DNA from: Dehalococcoidales bacterium
Lineage (GTDB): Bacteria > Chloroflexota > Dehalococcoidia > Dehalococcoidales > Fen-1064
DNA length: 64,000 bases
Direction of reading: 5' to 3'
Assembly: GCA_030654965.1 (NCBI GenBank)
Contig: JAURWL010000051.1
Span: 6,737 to 70,736, forward strand
The first letter of the stretch is position 1, and each line of letters opens with the position of its first letter. Of the stretch, positions 19,591 through 28,620 are shown piece after piece. The notes under the pieces are model-generated. The model made no database searches and was not told the origin of the DNA. It was given only the letters and a program-made list of their open reading frames with translations. The position numbers and the translations under genes were made by a program.

Positions 19591-19622
19591 AAAAACACAA
19601 AAGCCGAGGGATAGACCTCAGC
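19591..19622 (-). terminator. Intrinsic terminator-like hairpin between recA and recX
   Basis: The minus-strand RNA reads gcugagg-ucuauc-ccucggc: a 7-bp stem including one G-U and a 6-nt loop, followed by uuuuguguuuuu. A second 8-bp hairpin lies at 19641-19661. Confidence 0.55.
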
Positions 19623-19665
19623 TTCCGAAAAATACCGCCAGTAAGTAAGCTCGTTACTTACAATA

Positions 19666-20676
19666 TCACTGGTCTTTAGACACGCCGTGCAACGCTGAGG
19701 CTCTAACCTTTTCCTCAATTTCCCGGGCAATCTCCTTTTTCTGGGAAAGGAATTGCTTAGCATTTTCCCTTCCCTGTCCGAGACGGACATCGCCATAGGA
19801 AAAAAAGGCTCCGCTTTTTTTAATGAGCCCCAGTTCCACGCCCAGGTCAACCATGTCGCCTTCGCGACTGATACCGTGGTCGAACATGATATCAAATTCA
19901 GCGGTGCGGAAAGGCGGCGCTACTTTGTTCTTGACAACACGGGCTTTCACCCGCGTACCGGTGGCTACATCACCCTGTTTAATAGTCTCGGAGCGCCGCA
20001 GGTCGATTCTTACAGAAGCGTAGAACTTGAGCGCCCTGCCACCGGGTGTAACTTCAGGATTGCCAAAAACAATGCCGACCTTTTCCCTGAGCTGGTTGAT
20101 AAAGATGACCGCGGTGCCTGATTTGCCGATTGCCGCCGCTAACTTGCGTAGCGCCTGCGACATAAGGCGTGCCTGTAATGCAACCTGGCTATCCCCCATT
20201 TCGCCTTCGATTTCAGCGCGGGGTACCAGCGCTGCAACACTGTCCACAACGATGACATCCACGGCGCTACTGCGCACGAGCGCTTCACATATTTCCAGGG
20301 CTTGCTCTCCGGTATCGGGCTGGGAGATGAGCATCTCGTCGATATTGACCCCGAGATGGCCGGAATAAACAGGGTCGAGCGCATGCTCAACGTCTATATA
20401 GGCGGCGATGCCTCCTGCTTTTTGCGCCTCTGCGATAATGTGCAGAGCCAGTGTGGTTTTACCCGATGATTCGGGGCCGAAGATTTCAGTGACGCGCCCC
20501 CGCGGAATGCCTCCTACCCCAAGAGCAATATCCAGGGAAATTGCACCCGTGGAAATAATACCAGCGATTGCCACACCGGTCGATTCTCCCAGTTTCATAA
20601 TGGCGCCTTTACCAAAGCGTTTTTCAATCTGGGAGATAGCGAGTTCCAGTGCCTTTAACCTTTCTCCTGTGGTCAT
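19666..20676 (-). CDS. recA: Recombinase RecA
   Basis: GPESSGKTT Walker [10 protein letters not shown], and a canonical RecA sequence throughout. Confidence 0.97.
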   Translation of the reverse strand: MTTGERLKALELAISQIEKRFGKGAIMKLGESTGVAIAGIISTGAISLDIALGVGGIPRGRVTEIFGPESSGKTTLALHIIAEAQKAGGIAAYIDVEHALDPVYSGHLGVNIDEMLISQPDTGEQALEICEALVRSSAVDVIVVDSVAALVPRAEIEGEMGDSQVALQARLMSQALRKLAAAIGKSGTAVIFINQLREKVGIVFGNPEVTPGGRALKFYASVRIDLRRSETIKQGDVATGTRVKARVVKNKVAPPFRTAEFDIMFDHGISREGDMVDLGVELGLIKKSGAFFSYGDVRLGQGRENAKQFLSQKKEIAREIEEKVRASALHGVSKDQ

Positions 20677-20763
20677 AGTTCGTCTCTACATAATGATAGC
20701 ACAGATGTTTTTAAAAAAACAAGGGATTTTGGCTTGGTTTTGACTTCTGGCAAGGGGGAAGTT

Positions 20764-21501
20764 TTAGAGTTTCCACGAAGGTGGCAACGGCGGCACTTTC
20801 CTCTTGTGCTCACTCTTTGCTTTTAGTGACTCAATTGTCGTTTTGATTTTTGCGTCTGCTTTGCCCGTCAATAGATAGCGGTCAAGTGCTTCGTAAGTGA
20901 GTCCCATTTCAGCTTCATCGGTCTGCCCGGGCCAGAGTCCCGCGGATGGCGGTTTATCAATTATAGGCTGGGGAATACCCATGTATTTTGCCAGCTCTAC
21001 AACTTCCTGTTTCACCAGGTTGCCGATAGGCATCATATCTACTCCACCATCTCCCCATTTCGTAAAATATCCGACCGAAAGTTCACTCCGGTTGCTACTG
21101 CCCACCACCAGATAGTTGAGTCGGTTGGCGTGGTAATAGAGCGTCACCATGCGGAGCCGCACTTTAAGGTTAGATAGGGCGAGGCGGTCGAGAGAGGGGT
21201 CTACTTTATCCGCAGGGAGGAGTTTCAGAAAGCTATCGTAAATGCCATCAAGAACAATTACTTTGTACGGGATGGAGAATTTCTTTGCCACCAGTTTTGC
21301 GTGTTCCTGGTCTTCCGGATTGCTGTGGCAGGGCAGGTTGATACAGAGTGTGTTATCCGGGAAGGCGCGCTTGCAGAGGACTGCCACCACCGCAGAATCG
21401 ATGCCGCCGCTCAATCCCAGTAACCCCCCCTTTCCACCTGCCTCCGTGACTCTCTCTTTTATCCAGTCGACCAGCTTCCCGGTCAATATTTCGATGTTCA
21501 T
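20764..21501 (-). CDS. nadE: NH3-dependent NAD+ synthetase-like PP-loop ATPase (short NadE)
   Basis: 245 aa with the PP-loop GLSGGIDSAVVA and no CN-hydrolase domain. Confidence 0.85.
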   Translation of the reverse strand: MNIEILTGKLVDWIKERVTEAGGKGGLLGLSGGIDSAVVAVLCKRAFPDNTLCINLPCHSNPEDQEHAKLVAKKFSIPYKVIVLDGIYDSFLKLLPADKVDPSLDRLALSNLKVRLRMVTLYYHANRLNYLVVGSSNRSELSVGYFTKWGDGGVDMMPIGNLVKQEVVELAKYMGIPQPIIDKPPSAGLWPGQTDEAEMGLTYEALDRYLLTGKADAKIKTTIESLKAKSEHKRKVPPLPPSWKL

Positions 21502-21596
21502 ATATACCTCTTGTTGCTGTTGTCAGTTATGGTAAAGTATACTTGCTTGTGGGGGAGAGAGTCAAAGAAGATTACGGATAGTTACCTTATCTACTT

Positions 21597-21735
21597 TGTC
21601 ATACTGAGCCCTTCAGGGTGAATTCTTATTCAGGGTGAACCCTTCATTATCATTCAGGATAAACTCCGCGAAGCATCTAGTAACCATAGAACTGGAGACT
21701 AGATTCTGAGTCCGATTTCATCGGACTCAGAATGA
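21597..21735. repeat. Composite of short palindromic repeat modules (REP/MITE-like)
   Basis: tgtcatactgagc (21597-21609) and cgcgaagcatctagt (21667-21681) match the unit at 63953-63983. Here the two halves are separated by an insert containing two ttcagggtgaa copies (21612-21622, 21629-21639). A perfect 14-bp-stem hairpin, attctgagtccgat-ttc-atcggactcagaat, lies at 21703-21733. Confidence 0.6.
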
Positions 21736-21763
21736 TAATTGAAAACGGCATCGGAGGAATTTT

Positions 21764-23314
21764 GTGCCCACCGCTGACTTGATTCTGAAAAACGCCAGTG
21801 TCATCACCATGGACTCCAAGCAACCGACTGCCCAACTGGTTGCCGTGAAAAACGGGCGCATTGCTTTTGTCGGGTCTATGGATGCGTTGGAGGAATGGCA
21901 GGGCGCCGGCACAAAGGTGATTGATTGCGGCGGTAAAACCGTGACGCCCGGTTTCAATGATGCCCACTGCCATATCTACTCCTTTGTCAGAAAATTGCTC
22001 AGTATCGACCTGAGCGCGCCGAACATTAAATGTATTGACGATATTAAGACGATTATCAAGCGGCGGGCGGAAAAGACGGCACCCGGTGAATGGATTACTG
22101 CCACCGACTACAATGATTTCACACTAGCGGAAAAGCGTCATCCCACCCGCTGGGAGCTTGATGAAGTTGCTCCGGATAACCCCGTTGTCCTTTCCCACCG
22201 CTCTCTGCACGCCTGTGTGCTCAATAGCAAAGCGCTGGCGATGGCAGGCATCACTATTGCCTCCCCCGAACCTCCCGGCGCTTTCATTGGCAGGAGGGTT
22301 GATGACGGCGAACCGAATGGCTTGCTCGTAGAGATGCTCGGCTACGTACGGGAACATGTAATGCCATCGATGGAAGGCGAGGAATTGGAACGAGGTATCA
22401 AGCTCGCCAACGAACACTATCTGTCACAGGGGCTAACATCACTGCAAGATGCCACCTTTGTTAACGACCTCAAACGCTGGCGATACCACCAGTACTTCAA
22501 GGTAGAGGGTATGTTAAAAAGCCGCGTCTACATGATGTTCGGCAAAGAAACCATGCCCCAGTTCCGGGCAGACCACATGGGATTCGGTTCCGGGAGCCAT
22601 TACCTGAGGCTTGGCGCTATGAAAATTGTGCCGAGCATGATTTCCGATAAACTACATCCACCCCAATCGGAGTTGATTGAGCAGGTTCTTATGGCGCACC
22701 GCGCGGGCTATCAGGTTGCCATTCACGCTGTGCAGGAAAAGCTCGTTGAAGCTATTGTGGGGATATATGAAGCGGTGAAGAGCCAGTCGCCTGATTTTAC
22801 ATCCCGGCGCCACCGTATCGAACACTGCGCGGAATGCCCGCCGCAGATTCTGGAACGCATCAAACGACTCGGGCTCGTCGTTACCACCCATCCGTCCTTT
22901 GCTTACTACAGCGGCGATAGATACCTGGCAACCGTAGCACCCGCCGTAATTCCCTACCTCTACCCGATGAAGTCGTTCATGGAGAGCGGACTGGTAATTA
23001 CTGGCGCTTCCGATTCACCTGTGGTAAACAATAATCCAATAATGGGCATCTACGGTGGTGTCACCCGCCTGACCGCTTCCGGAAAAAGGATGTCACCGGA
23101 GCAGTGTGTTACTGCGCAACAGGTATTGACGATGTATACTACCAACGCCGCCTATGCCTCACACGAAGAGCACGTCAAAGGCTCGATTACTGCCGGCAAA
23201 TACGCGGATATGGTGGTGCTCAGCGCCGACCCAACGAGTGTCCCACCCGAAAAAATCAAAGACACCCGTGTAGAAATGACCATCATCGGTGGGGAGATAG
23301 CATGGGAAGGTTGA
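21764..23314 (+). CDS. Amidohydrolase-family metal-dependent hydrolase (YtcJ/amidohydrolase-3-like)
   Basis: PGFNDAHCHI metal-binding motif near the N-terminus, with later HA.. and ..SD motifs. GTG start preceded by GGAGGA. Confidence 0.8.
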   Translation: MPTADLILKNASVITMDSKQPTAQLVAVKNGRIAFVGSMDALEEWQGAGTKVIDCGGKTVTPGFNDAHCHIYSFVRKLLSIDLSAPNIKCIDDIKTIIKRRAEKTAPGEWITATDYNDFTLAEKRHPTRWELDEVAPDNPVVLSHRSLHACVLNSKALAMAGITIASPEPPGAFIGRRVDDGEPNGLLVEMLGYVREHVMPSMEGEELERGIKLANEHYLSQGLTSLQDATFVNDLKRWRYHQYFKVEGMLKSRVYMMFGKETMPQFRADHMGFGSGSHYLRLGAMKIVPSMISDKLHPPQSELIEQVLMAHRAGYQVAIHAVQEKLVEAIVGIYEAVKSQSPDFTSRRHRIEHCAECPPQILERIKRLGLVVTTHPSFAYYSGDRYLATVAPAVIPYLYPMKSFMESGLVITGASDSPVVNNNPIMGIYGGVTRLTASGKRMSPEQCVTAQQVLTMYTTNAAYASHEEHVKGSITAGKYADMVVLSADPTSVPPEKIKDTRVEMTIIGGEIAWEG

Positions 23315-23316
23315 AA

Positions 23317-24279
23317 ATGTGGAAGTCACTCACCGTCATCATTACCACGATTCTTTTATTATCGGGGTGTAGCGGACAACCGGCGGCAAAGAAAGAAACT
23401 CCTCCAAAGTCGCGGCTTGAATTAATACCGATAACTGCTGTCAAACAGTCGCCTTCGTCCGATCGTCTTCCCCCACAGCTACACTCCAGCGAATTTCAGC
23501 CACCCGTGCCTGTGGATAGCGCCGTCAATACAGCGGGCGCGGAAGACTCGGCTTTCGTTACCTCGGATGGCAACTCCCTCTACTTCTTTTTCACTCCCGA
23601 TGGCAATATCCCGGCGGAGAAGCAGTTAACTGATGGCATGACCGGCATTTACCTTGCGCAGAAAGTCGGGGGACAATGACAACCGGCGGAGCGAGTGCTT
23701 TTGCAGAAAGCGAATGATGTCTCCCTGGACGGTTGTGTGCTTGTGCAAGGTAATCAGATGTGGTTCTGTTCAGCACGTGTGGGGAACTACCGCGGTGTGG
23801 ATATGTGGACAGCAGAATATAAAGATGGCAAATGGACTAACTGGCAAAACGCAGGCAAGCTATTGAATCAGGATTATGAAATGGGTGAAATGCACATTAC
23901 CGCCGATGGCAATGAAATCTATTTTCATTCCGCGCGTGCCGGGGGAAAGGGTGGTTATGACATCTGGGTGACGCGGAAGGTCAATAACAAATGGCAAGAG
24001 CCTGAGAATATCGAGGCTATCAATACCGCTGACACCGAAGGCTGGCCCTTTGTAACGCAGGACGGCAAAGAACTATGGTTTACCGGATGGTATCTCGGGT
24101 CGCCGGCTATTTTCCGGTCGCAGAAAATCAATGGGCAGTGGAGCACACCGGAGCTCATCATTTCCCAGTTTGCCGCCGAGCCCTCGCTGGACAATGACGG
24201 CAACCTCTACTTCACACACCACTTCTACTGGGATAGCAAACAGCTGGATGCGGATATCTATGTGGCATACCGGAAATAA
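23317..24279 (+). CDS. PD40/TolB-like beta-propeller lipoprotein interrupted by an in-frame TGA at 23677-23679 (nonsense mutation, sequencing error or readthrough)
   Basis: Signal peptide with lipobox LLSGC. ORFs 23104..23679 and 23695..24279 are in the same frame and are separated only by TGA plus 5 codons. Repeated SDG/ADG..L/IYF ... DI/MW ... G.W motifs run across both halves. The start at 23317 follows GGAAGG; the alternative is ATG 23302. Confidence 0.7.
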
Positions 24280-24338
24280 GCCATGAACTCTGTGATTTCA
24301 ATTACGGGATATCGCACCCTCTGAGAATGTCACCTGAT

Positions 24339-25484
24339 TTATTCACCCCTGATTAGCTGGCGGGCGATGGTCATTCTCTGCATCTCCGAGGTTCCTTCGT
24401 AGATTTCAGTGATGCGGGCATCGCGGAAATACCGTTCGATGGGGAAGTCCTTGATATATCCGTAACCACCGAAAATCTGCAGGGCTTTGGTTGTTACAAA
24501 ACTTGCTGCTTCCGCCGCATAGACCTTCGCCATGGATGCCTCTTTCGTGAAAGGTTGATTCTGGTCTTTGAGATAAGCCGCCCGATAGGTCAGCAAACGC
24601 GCCGCATCAATCTGTGTTGCCATGTCTGCCAGCATCCACTGAATCGCCTGAAAATTCGCAATTGATTGCCCGAACTGCTGACGTTCCTTACCATAAGCAA
24701 GGGCTTTATCGAGCGCCCCCTGAGCAATGCCGACCGCCTGCGCCGCAATCCCGATGCGACTGACATCAATCGATTCGAGGGCAATGCGGAATCCCTTACC
24801 TTCAGAACCAAGTCGATTCTCTTCAGGCACAAAACAGTTATCGAAAATAAGCTCGGTGGTTGATGAGCCACGGATACCCAGTTTCCGCTCGTGTTTACCT
24901 ACCGAAAATCCAAGCATCCCTTTCTCGATGATGAACGCCGTCACACCACGGTAGCCCTGTGACTTATCCAGCGTGGCGAAAGTAACGATTATCTCGGCTT
25001 CTGCGCCATTGCTGATAAAGATTTTATTGCCGTTGAGCACGTAGCCGCCAGCCTTCTTTGTGGCAGTTGTGGACATAGCGGCGACATCACTACCGGCGCC
25101 CGCTTCAGTCAATCCAAAAGCACCTAATTTTTCGCCTTTAAGGAGTGGAGTAAGGTACTTTTTCTTCTGCTCTTTAGTTCCGAATGCATAAATAGGATAA
25201 GAGACAAGCTCATTGGTTACAATCAAGATGACACTCGTGGAAGCGCAGACACGCGCCAGTTCTTCAAAGACAATCGTCTGCTCTACAGCGCCGCCGCCGC
25301 TCCCGCTATCGGTCTCCGGATACCCTGTGCCCATCAAGCCAATCTCTGCCGCTTTTTTAATAGCCGCCGCTGGAAAGCGCGCTTCCTCATCTGTCTTCGC
25401 GGCGATTGGTTCCAATTCCTTCTCTGCAAACTCACGCACAACTGCTCGGAGCATTTTCTGGCCTTCACTGAGTGAAAAGTCCAT
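24339..25484 (-). CDS. Acyl-CoA dehydrogenase
   Basis: Typical ACAD sequence (GLTEAGAGSD, ...IYEGTSEMQR...). I place the start at ATG 25484, 5 nt after GGAGG, rather than at GTG 25499. Confidence 0.9.
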   Translation of the reverse strand: MDFSLSEGQKMLRAVVREFAEKELEPIAAKTDEEARFPAAAIKKAAEIGLMGTGYPETDSGSGGGAVEQTIVFEELARVCASTSVILIVTNELVSYPIYAFGTKEQKKKYLTPLLKGEKLGAFGLTEAGAGSDVAAMSTTATKKAGGYVLNGNKIFISNGAEAEIIVTFATLDKSQGYRGVTAFIIEKGMLGFSVGKHERKLGIRGSSTTELIFDNCFVPEENRLGSEGKGFRIALESIDVSRIGIAAQAVGIAQGALDKALAYGKERQQFGQSIANFQAIQWMLADMATQIDAARLLTYRAAYLKDQNQPFTKEASMAKVYAAEAASFVTTKALQIFGGYGYIKDFPIERYFRDARITEIYEGTSEMQRMTIARQLIRGE

Positions 25485-25550
25485 ACTGCCCTCCGTCACT
25501 ATTTATAAGCTGGATTATATAATCATATTGTTAATACTTGCTCTGGCACG

Positions 25551-26077
25551 TTACCGTGTGTACCACCCCTTGCCCTTGAGTAAACCACGAACATACCCAG
25601 CCTGCCCGATGTGCGCGAAGTTGTAGATAACGCCTATCAGACGTCCTTCTACCGACGCCATCGATTCTAAAGTTGGGCTCCAGACCTGCCGGTTGAGGTC
25701 GTCTTCGGTAAGGCGGGTTTTTATATATTCCTGCGTCCTTTTGGAAACAGCGCGGTAGTAATCAAGCAGTGTTTTACTATCCGGCGCTTGAAAAGCCGCC
25801 ACCTGCACTGACGTATGTCTGACTCCTGTGTCCTTCTGGTCGGGAGGGCGATTGAATTTGGCGTGCCATTTTTCACTTACCCAGAGCTGGTCTTCCCCGA
25901 ACAGGTCGGCATTCATGCGGTCCTGACTGCGCGTAGAGTGCCAGATAAGCCAGCCGATGCTGTTGGAGTCCGGTTTGGTAAAGTATTCAGGTCTTCAGGG
26001 GTAAGCCCATCTAGCACCAGTTCCAGTTCGCTGGCTAGCCGCGCAAATATATCGAGCATGAATTCCTTTAATTCCAT
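25551..26077 (-). pseudogene. DinB-family (DinB_2-like) gene split by a 1-nt frameshift near 25974-25976
   Basis: The N-terminal frame from ATG 26077 (RBS AAGGAG) reads MELKEFMLDIFARLASELELVLDGLTPEDLNTLPN and then runs to a stop. The other frame reads KPDSNSIGWLIWHSTRSQDRMNADL... and continues to 25551. One extra A in the coding-strand AAA run would restore LPKPDSNSIGW. Confidence 0.75.
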
Positions 26078-26142
26078 TGGTATGTCAACTCCTTATTTAT
26101 AGCATTTGGGGTGTTTTTTGCACTTGGATGTTTCTTACCTTG

Positions 26143-27708
26143 CTATTTTTTCTCCCCGTACTCGTCCCGGAGCACGCGCTTTAAAACCTTGCCCACCGAA
26201 CTGCGGGGGAGCTCTTTTACAAAAATCACCGAGCGCGGGCGTTTATAACTTGCCAGGTTCTGCCGACAATACTCCATGATTTCTTCAGGAGTACAGTCTG
26301 CACAGCCTTCTTTAGGCACACAAATCGCCTTGGGCACCTCACCCCATTCCTCATCCGGCACCCCGATGACGGCGACATCATCAATCTTGGGATGGGCAAA
26401 GATGACATTCTCCACCTCTTCCGGTGAAATGTTCTCACCGCCGCGGATGATTAAATCCGTAGCACGCCCCGCCAAGAAGAAATAACCATCTTCATCCCTG
26501 TATCCCGTATCGCCGGTATGCACCCAGCCGTCCTTATCAATTGTCTTTTTTGTCTTTTCCTCATCCTTCCAGTAACCGGTCATCACCCTGGGCCCACGAG
26601 CGACAATCTCTCCAACCTCCCCCGGCGGCAGGTCTTTACCGTTTTCATCGATAATCCTCATCTCCACATCAGACATCGGCTTACCGATAGAGCCAAGCCG
26701 CTTAAGTTTCTTCTCCCGTTCTGCTTCCGTAGCGCCGGTGATGACGTGGTCTTCGGGGCTGAGTGAGGTAATAGTGGAAGCCGTCTCGGTCTGCCCGAAG
26801 GCATTGATAAAGCTGACTTTCGGAAAGACATTAATTGCTTTCTTGATGACCTCCAGCGGCATCGGCGCCGCGCCGTAGGTGATAACCTTGAGACTGCTCA
26901 GGTTATAGTCTTTGAATTTGGGATGGTCAATCAACTGCTTCAACATCGTGGGTACCATCATTGCTCGTCCCACTTTTTCCGTCTGTACCAGTCCCATCCA
27001 CTCGGTCGGCTCGAACTGCCGCTCAATCACCAGGGTACGGCCACCATACACCGCCGCCATCATTGCCTGAATACCGGCAACATGGTAGAGGGGCACAGTG
27101 AGAATATTCTTTTCGATTGTTTCCGTGTCTGGAGGAGTGACATTATCCAGGACATATACGGTGAAACTTTTATGAGTGAGCATCACCCCTTTGGGGAAAC
27201 CGGTAGTACCGGCGGTATACATCAAAATGGTCATATCATCGTCGCCGATTTCGGTGAAAATATCATCGGGAGAGCCAGACTTTAGCAGGTCGTTATAGAA
27301 CAGCATACCTTGATGTGGCTTATCCACCGAGATAACGTGCTTCACGGTGGTCAGGTTGGGTTTGATCGATTCCACCAGTTCGAGATACCGCTCCCCAACA
27401 AAGACGGCGGTGGCTTCGGCGGTATTGAGCATGTACGTCAACTCATTACCCTTTGCCCGAAAGTTGAGAGGCACATAGACACCTCCTATCTTGGCAGTGG
27501 CAAAGTAGGTCTCAATGCACTGGTTGCAGTTCACCATCAGGGTAGCAACGCTCTCACCCTTCTTCATCCTCAGACCCATCAACGCATTGCCCAGCCGGTT
27601 CGTGCGTTCACCCAATTGAGCAAAGGTACACCGCTTCCCCTCAAATACTATCGCCTCTTTGTCCGGACAGATTGCCAATGTGATAGTAAGAAACTCGGTA
27701 GTGTTCAT
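26143..27708 (-). CDS. AMP-dependent acyl-CoA synthetase/ligase
   Basis: AMP-binding motif YTAGTTGFPKGV, plus TGD..DEDGYFF and GKVLKR at the C-terminus. Confidence 0.9.
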   Translation of the reverse strand: MNTTEFLTITLAICPDKEAIVFEGKRCTFAQLGERTNRLGNALMGLRMKKGESVATLMVNCNQCIETYFATAKIGGVYVPLNFRAKGNELTYMLNTAEATAVFVGERYLELVESIKPNLTTVKHVISVDKPHQGMLFYNDLLKSGSPDDIFTEIGDDDMTILMYTAGTTGFPKGVMLTHKSFTVYVLDNVTPPDTETIEKNILTVPLYHVAGIQAMMAAVYGGRTLVIERQFEPTEWMGLVQTEKVGRAMMVPTMLKQLIDHPKFKDYNLSSLKVITYGAAPMPLEVIKKAINVFPKVSFINAFGQTETASTITSLSPEDHVITGATEAEREKKLKRLGSIGKPMSDVEMRIIDENGKDLPPGEVGEIVARGPRVMTGYWKDEEKTKKTIDKDGWVHTGDTGYRDEDGYFFLAGRATDLIIRGGENISPEEVENVIFAHPKIDDVAVIGVPDEEWGEVPKAICVPKEGCADCTPEEIMEYCRQNLASYKRPRSVIFVKELPRSSVGKVLKRVLRDEYGEKK

Positions 27709-27760
27709 ATGTCCCCTTTATTCTCTGTTTTTATCTCCGCGCTATTTTCGTGCGCGCGCT

Positions 27761-28483
27761 TCAACTTAACAATCCACAGCCAAGTCGTGCCTCAAGTTCA
27801 AGCCCCTGCGAAAGAGGCAAATCAAGCCCGCGGGTCACTGCCTGCTTGGCATAGCTCACCACGATGGGGTCATAGCCCCTTATTTTGTCTGCCATCTTCT
27901 CTACCACAGATAGAAGCTCCGTTCGCGGCACGACCCGGTTGACCAGCTTCATCCGGCAGGCTTCGTCCGCTTTCACCCACCGGCCAGAAAGGAGCATCTC
28001 CAGGGCATAGCCACGGTTGACCACACGGGGCAGGGTCTGACTGCCACCCGCCGCCGGAATAATCCCCAGCCCCATCTCTGGGACTCCGAACTGAGCGTCT
28101 TCAGAAGCAATACGGATATCACAACACAATGCCATTTCAATGCCTGAACCGAGTACATAACCATGGAGAGCGGCAATTAGCGGCTTGCGGATATTCAGAA
28201 AGAGTCCCCAGACATCGCGCTCAAACCGCACCTGGCGGGCAATCACCGGGGAAGGTGCCGTGAGGAATTCGGAGAGGTCCGCCCCGGCGCAAAAGGCTCT
28301 TTCCCCGGCGGCTTTAAGAATGCCCACCCGCACATCAGGGTCATCCCGCACCGCCTGCAAAGCCTGAAAAAGCTCATCACGCATGCGGATATTGTAGACG
28401 TTAAGGACTTTCGGACGGTTAAGGGTAATATAACCCTTACCATCCCGCTTTTCGTAGATTATGGTCTCAAAATCCGACACCAT
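27761..28483 (-). CDS. Enoyl-CoA hydratase/isomerase (crotonase fold)
   Basis: RPKVLNV, FCAGADL, ALHGYVLGSGIEMAL and GLGIIPAAGGSQ. Confidence 0.88.
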   Translation of the reverse strand: MVSDFETIIYEKRDGKGYITLNRPKVLNVYNIRMRDELFQALQAVRDDPDVRVGILKAAGERAFCAGADLSEFLTAPSPVIARQVRFERDVWGLFLNIRKPLIAALHGYVLGSGIEMALCCDIRIASEDAQFGVPEMGLGIIPAAGGSQTLPRVVNRGYALEMLLSGRWVKADEACRMKLVNRVVPRTELLSVVEKMADKIRGYDPIVVSYAKQAVTRGLDLPLSQGLELEARLGCGLLS

Positions 28484-28620
28484 ATTAACTCAAACTTCAA
28501 AGGTTAAAACTTAAAGCCATAGCTAACAGTGAAAAAGTACTCGCGCATATTTTCCCGATAAGTTTTTATCTTTTACCTATAGTTTTGACTTATGAGCTTT
28601 GAGATTTGACTTTATATCAG

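Noticed and set aside
19575-19895. 106-aa minus-strand ORF overlapping the recA 3' end and the recA-recX gap
   Set aside because: It is out of frame with recA over most of its length and spans the terminator hairpins. It has no RBS.
21597-21735. CRISPR array
   Set aside because: The repeated units here and at 57.3, 60.4 and 63.9 kb are palindromic modules of different types. They do not show regular repeat-spacer periodicity, and no cas genes are present.
23104-23301. N-terminal 66 codons of ORF 23104..23679
   Set aside because: This part overlaps the 3' end of the amidohydrolase gene in another frame and is Arg/Cys-rich. The real gene starts at the signal peptide (ATG 23302 or 23317).
23677-23679. 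Genome-wide reassignment of TGA to Trp (code 4-like) or selenocysteine
   Set aside because: Many well-defined genes in the window terminate at TGA, with the next gene's start overlapping it (ATGA junctions at 2072, 2686 and 4008). The repeat pattern calls for Trp, not Cys/Sec, and I saw no SECIS-like hairpin. A local mutation, sequencing error or readthrough is more parsimonious.
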